14,932 nucleotides of DNA from Nanobdellota archaeon (GTDB lineage Archaea > Nanobdellota > Nanobdellia > Nanobdellales > Nanobdellaceae), in the NCBI GenBank assembly GCA_020697515.1, contig JAIXNB010000043.1:1-14932 (forward strand), given 5' to 3'. Within the stretch, counting starts at the first letter, position 1; every line of letters starts with the position of its first letter. Below the pieces are notes generated by a model, which made no database searches, had not been told where the DNA came from, and saw only the letters and a program-made list of their open reading frames with translations. Positions 13,235-14,932 of the stretch are shown in pieces. A program made the translations under genes and the position numbers.

Positions 13235-14566
13235 CTATGTTTTTATCTCTATTTTCTTAGCTTTTACATCTAGTACTTGCCCTACTGCTACAGTTTTACC
13301 CATGTCTCTCATTGCGAATCTTGACAGAGAAGTGTTTGGAAAATCTTGGAATTTCTCTACAACTACTGGTTTTGTTGGAACTACCTTTATAATTGCAGCA
13401 TCTCCTTGTTTTATGAATTGTGGATTTTGCTCTGCCACTTGTCCTGTTCTTGGATCTAACTTTGCTTTTATTTCGACTATCTTACCTGATACATGGGCTG
13501 TGTGTATGTGGAATACTGGAGCGTATCCTGGTGCTATTGCAGACGGATGCCACAAGACCATAATTCTTGCTTCAAACTCCTCGGCCACAGTTGGTAATTG
13601 TTCTCCTAACTTGCCCACTACATCTCCTCTTCCAATATCTCTTTTTTCTACACCTTTTACGTTGAATCCTATGTTGTCACCAGGTATTGCCTCTTCGGTC
13701 TGTTGATGATGCATTTCTATAGATTTTACTTCACCAACAACACCATTTGGTTTCCTAGATGGTAAGAACACTACTTTATCACCGGGCCTCAACTTTCCAG
13801 ATTCTACTCTTCCAACTGGGACGACACCTACCCCCTTTATATTATAAACATCTTGTATAGGGATTCTTAATGGTTTGTCTATTAACCTTGGGGGTTCCTC
13901 TAACAAATCCATAGCTTCATATAGTGTTGGACCATTATACCATGGGGTTTTATCAGATTTCTTTACAACATTATCTCCATAGTATGCTGAAACTGGTACT
14001 ATTGCTTTTATCTGTTCTGGTTTATAACCTAAAGCCTGTGCTAACTTTAATACCATGTTTTTAACTTCCTCATACCTCTTCTGATCGTAGTTAACAGTAT
14101 CCATTTTGTTAATTGCTACAATTATCTGTTGTACACCTAGAGTTCTTACTAATAATAAGTGTTCTCTACCCTGTCCGTCTGGACCTAAAGCGGTTTCAGC
14201 CTCACCTGGTCTAGCAGATACCACTAATATTGCAGCATCTGCTTGGCTTGCACCAGTAATCATGTTCTTAATGAAATCTCTGTGTCCTGGCAGATCTATG
14301 AAAGTTATCTCATATTTTTTAGTTTCTATTTTATAATGGGTTGGATCTATAGTAACACCTCTTTCTCTCTCCTCCTTAGCTTTATCCATCAAATAAGCAA
14401 ACTCGAAAGTTTCTTTACCTAACTCCTTTGCCAGCTCTCTTAATTGCTGCAATATCTTTTCATCTATTAGCCCCAATTCATAGATTAATCTACCTACTAA
14501 TGTTGATTTGCCGTTGTCTACGTGTCCTATTGTTGCTAAATTTAAGTGTGGCTTTTGCCTCGGCAT
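13235..14566 (-). CDS. tuf: Translation elongation factor EF-1alpha (aEF1A)
   Basis: The GTPase motifs are present: GHVDNGKST (G1), DLPGHRDF (G3) and NKMD (G4). The protein is collinear with aEF-1alpha over its full length (443 aa). Confidence 0.97.
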   Translation of the reverse strand: MPRQKPHLNLATIGHVDNGKSTLVGRLIYELGLIDEKILQQLRELAKELGKETFEFAYLMDKAKEERERGVTIDPTHYKIETKKYEITFIDLPGHRDFIKNMITGASQADAAILVVSARPGEAETALGPDGQGREHLLLVRTLGVQQIIVAINKMDTVNYDQKRYEEVKNMVLKLAQALGYKPEQIKAIVPVSAYYGDNVVKKSDKTPWYNGPTLYEAMDLLEEPPRLIDKPLRIPIQDVYNIKGVGVVPVGRVESGKLRPGDKVVFLPSRKPNGVVGEVKSIEMHHQQTEEAIPGDNIGFNVKGVEKRDIGRGDVVGKLGEQLPTVAEEFEARIMVLWHPSAIAPGYAPVFHIHTAHVSGKIVEIKAKLDPRTGQVAEQNPQFIKQGDAAIIKVVPTKPVVVEKFQDFPNTSLSRFAMRDMGKTVAVGQVLDVKAKKIEIKT

Positions 14567-14587
14567 TTAAGGTGTTTCAAAGAAAAC

Positions 14588-14595
14588 TTTAAAAA
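14588..14595 (-). promoter_or_regulatory. TATA box for EF-1alpha
   Basis: The reverse strand reads TTTTTAAA. Its centre lies 25.5 nt from ATG 14566. Confidence 0.45.
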
Positions 14596-14835
14596 TAGTA
14601 TTATAAGAGTTACAAATCTCGCACTCTACGATATATAATTTGTCAAATCCTCCAATGTTGGTTTTTAGATCTTTAAAATTTTCTCGTTTATTTTATCAAT
14701 ATTCATTCTCCAAATAAGATCACTCCACTTATTGATATATACCTCACTGTTTATTCCTTAAACAACTTTGGGGAGAGGGCAGCTGAGATAATTAAGAGCG
14801 AGAAGTTTTACTAATAAAATTTTAAAGTTTTAGGC

Positions 14836-14843
14836 TTATAAAT
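14836..14843 (+). promoter_or_regulatory. TATA box for the partial gene at the window end
   Basis: TTATAAAT has its centre 26.5 nt upstream of ATG 14866. Confidence 0.45.
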
Positions 14844-14865
14844 TTTTAAATGACCTATCGGATTA

Positions 14866-14932
14866 ATGGATAAACTTTCTAAGAGATGGAGTACAAAACA
14901 GGAGGAAGATGTGCTGAAATTCTGGAGAGAAA
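14866..14932 (+). CDS. N-terminal fragment, possibly a class Ia aminoacyl-tRNA synthetase (Ile/Val/Leu type); continues beyond the window end
   Basis: The fragment MDKLSKRWSTKQEEDVLKFWRE contains an E-x-x-V-L-K-F-W-x-E pattern that resembles the N-terminal helix of IleRS, ValRS or LeuRS. Only 22 codons are visible. A TATA sits at -26.5. Confidence 0.3.
   Translation, partial: MDKLSKRWSTKQEEDVLKFWRE

Overview
This is a housekeeping, translation-centred chromosomal segment from an AT-rich archaeon. G+C looks like roughly one third by eye (not computed). The four tRNA genes are very GC-rich, which suggests a thermophile, and EF-1alpha carries the long TACK/eukaryote-type insert. I can support these features: a rearranged set of ribosomal protein genes (uS14, uS8, uL18, eL19, uL15, uL30, uS5, eL37, uL16, uS10); EF-1alpha; the Nop5-fibrillarin pair; TrpRS; archaeal D-aminoacyl-tRNA deacylase; a type I phosphomannose isomerase-like cupin followed by a pyruvoyl AdoMetDC-family decarboxylase; four intron-less tRNA genes without encoded CCA (Thr-CGU, Ser-CGA, Glu-CUC, His-GUG); two partial genes at the window edges (TruD-like, class I aaRS-like); and a few small or decayed ORFs. 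I see no CRISPR array, defence island, transposase or integrase, so I cannot honestly point to a new multi-gene system. Several observations still deserve a second look. (1) A 58-aa eL37 gene is missed by the ORF track and overlaps the uS5 start. (2) A palindromic TATA box lies exactly equidistant from the divergent eL37 and uL16 start codons. (3) TATA elements sit about 26 nt upstream of ATGs with strong regularity, implying leaderless mRNAs, and this lets several ORF-track starts be corrected. (4) The canonical spc ribosomal cluster is broken into small promoter-bearing units. (5) uS14 carries an N-terminal extension of about 70 aa. (6) A membrane-anchored heptad-repeat microprotein is coupled to uS10. 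(7) A probable decayed gene carries a 10-bp tandem repeat at its start codon.
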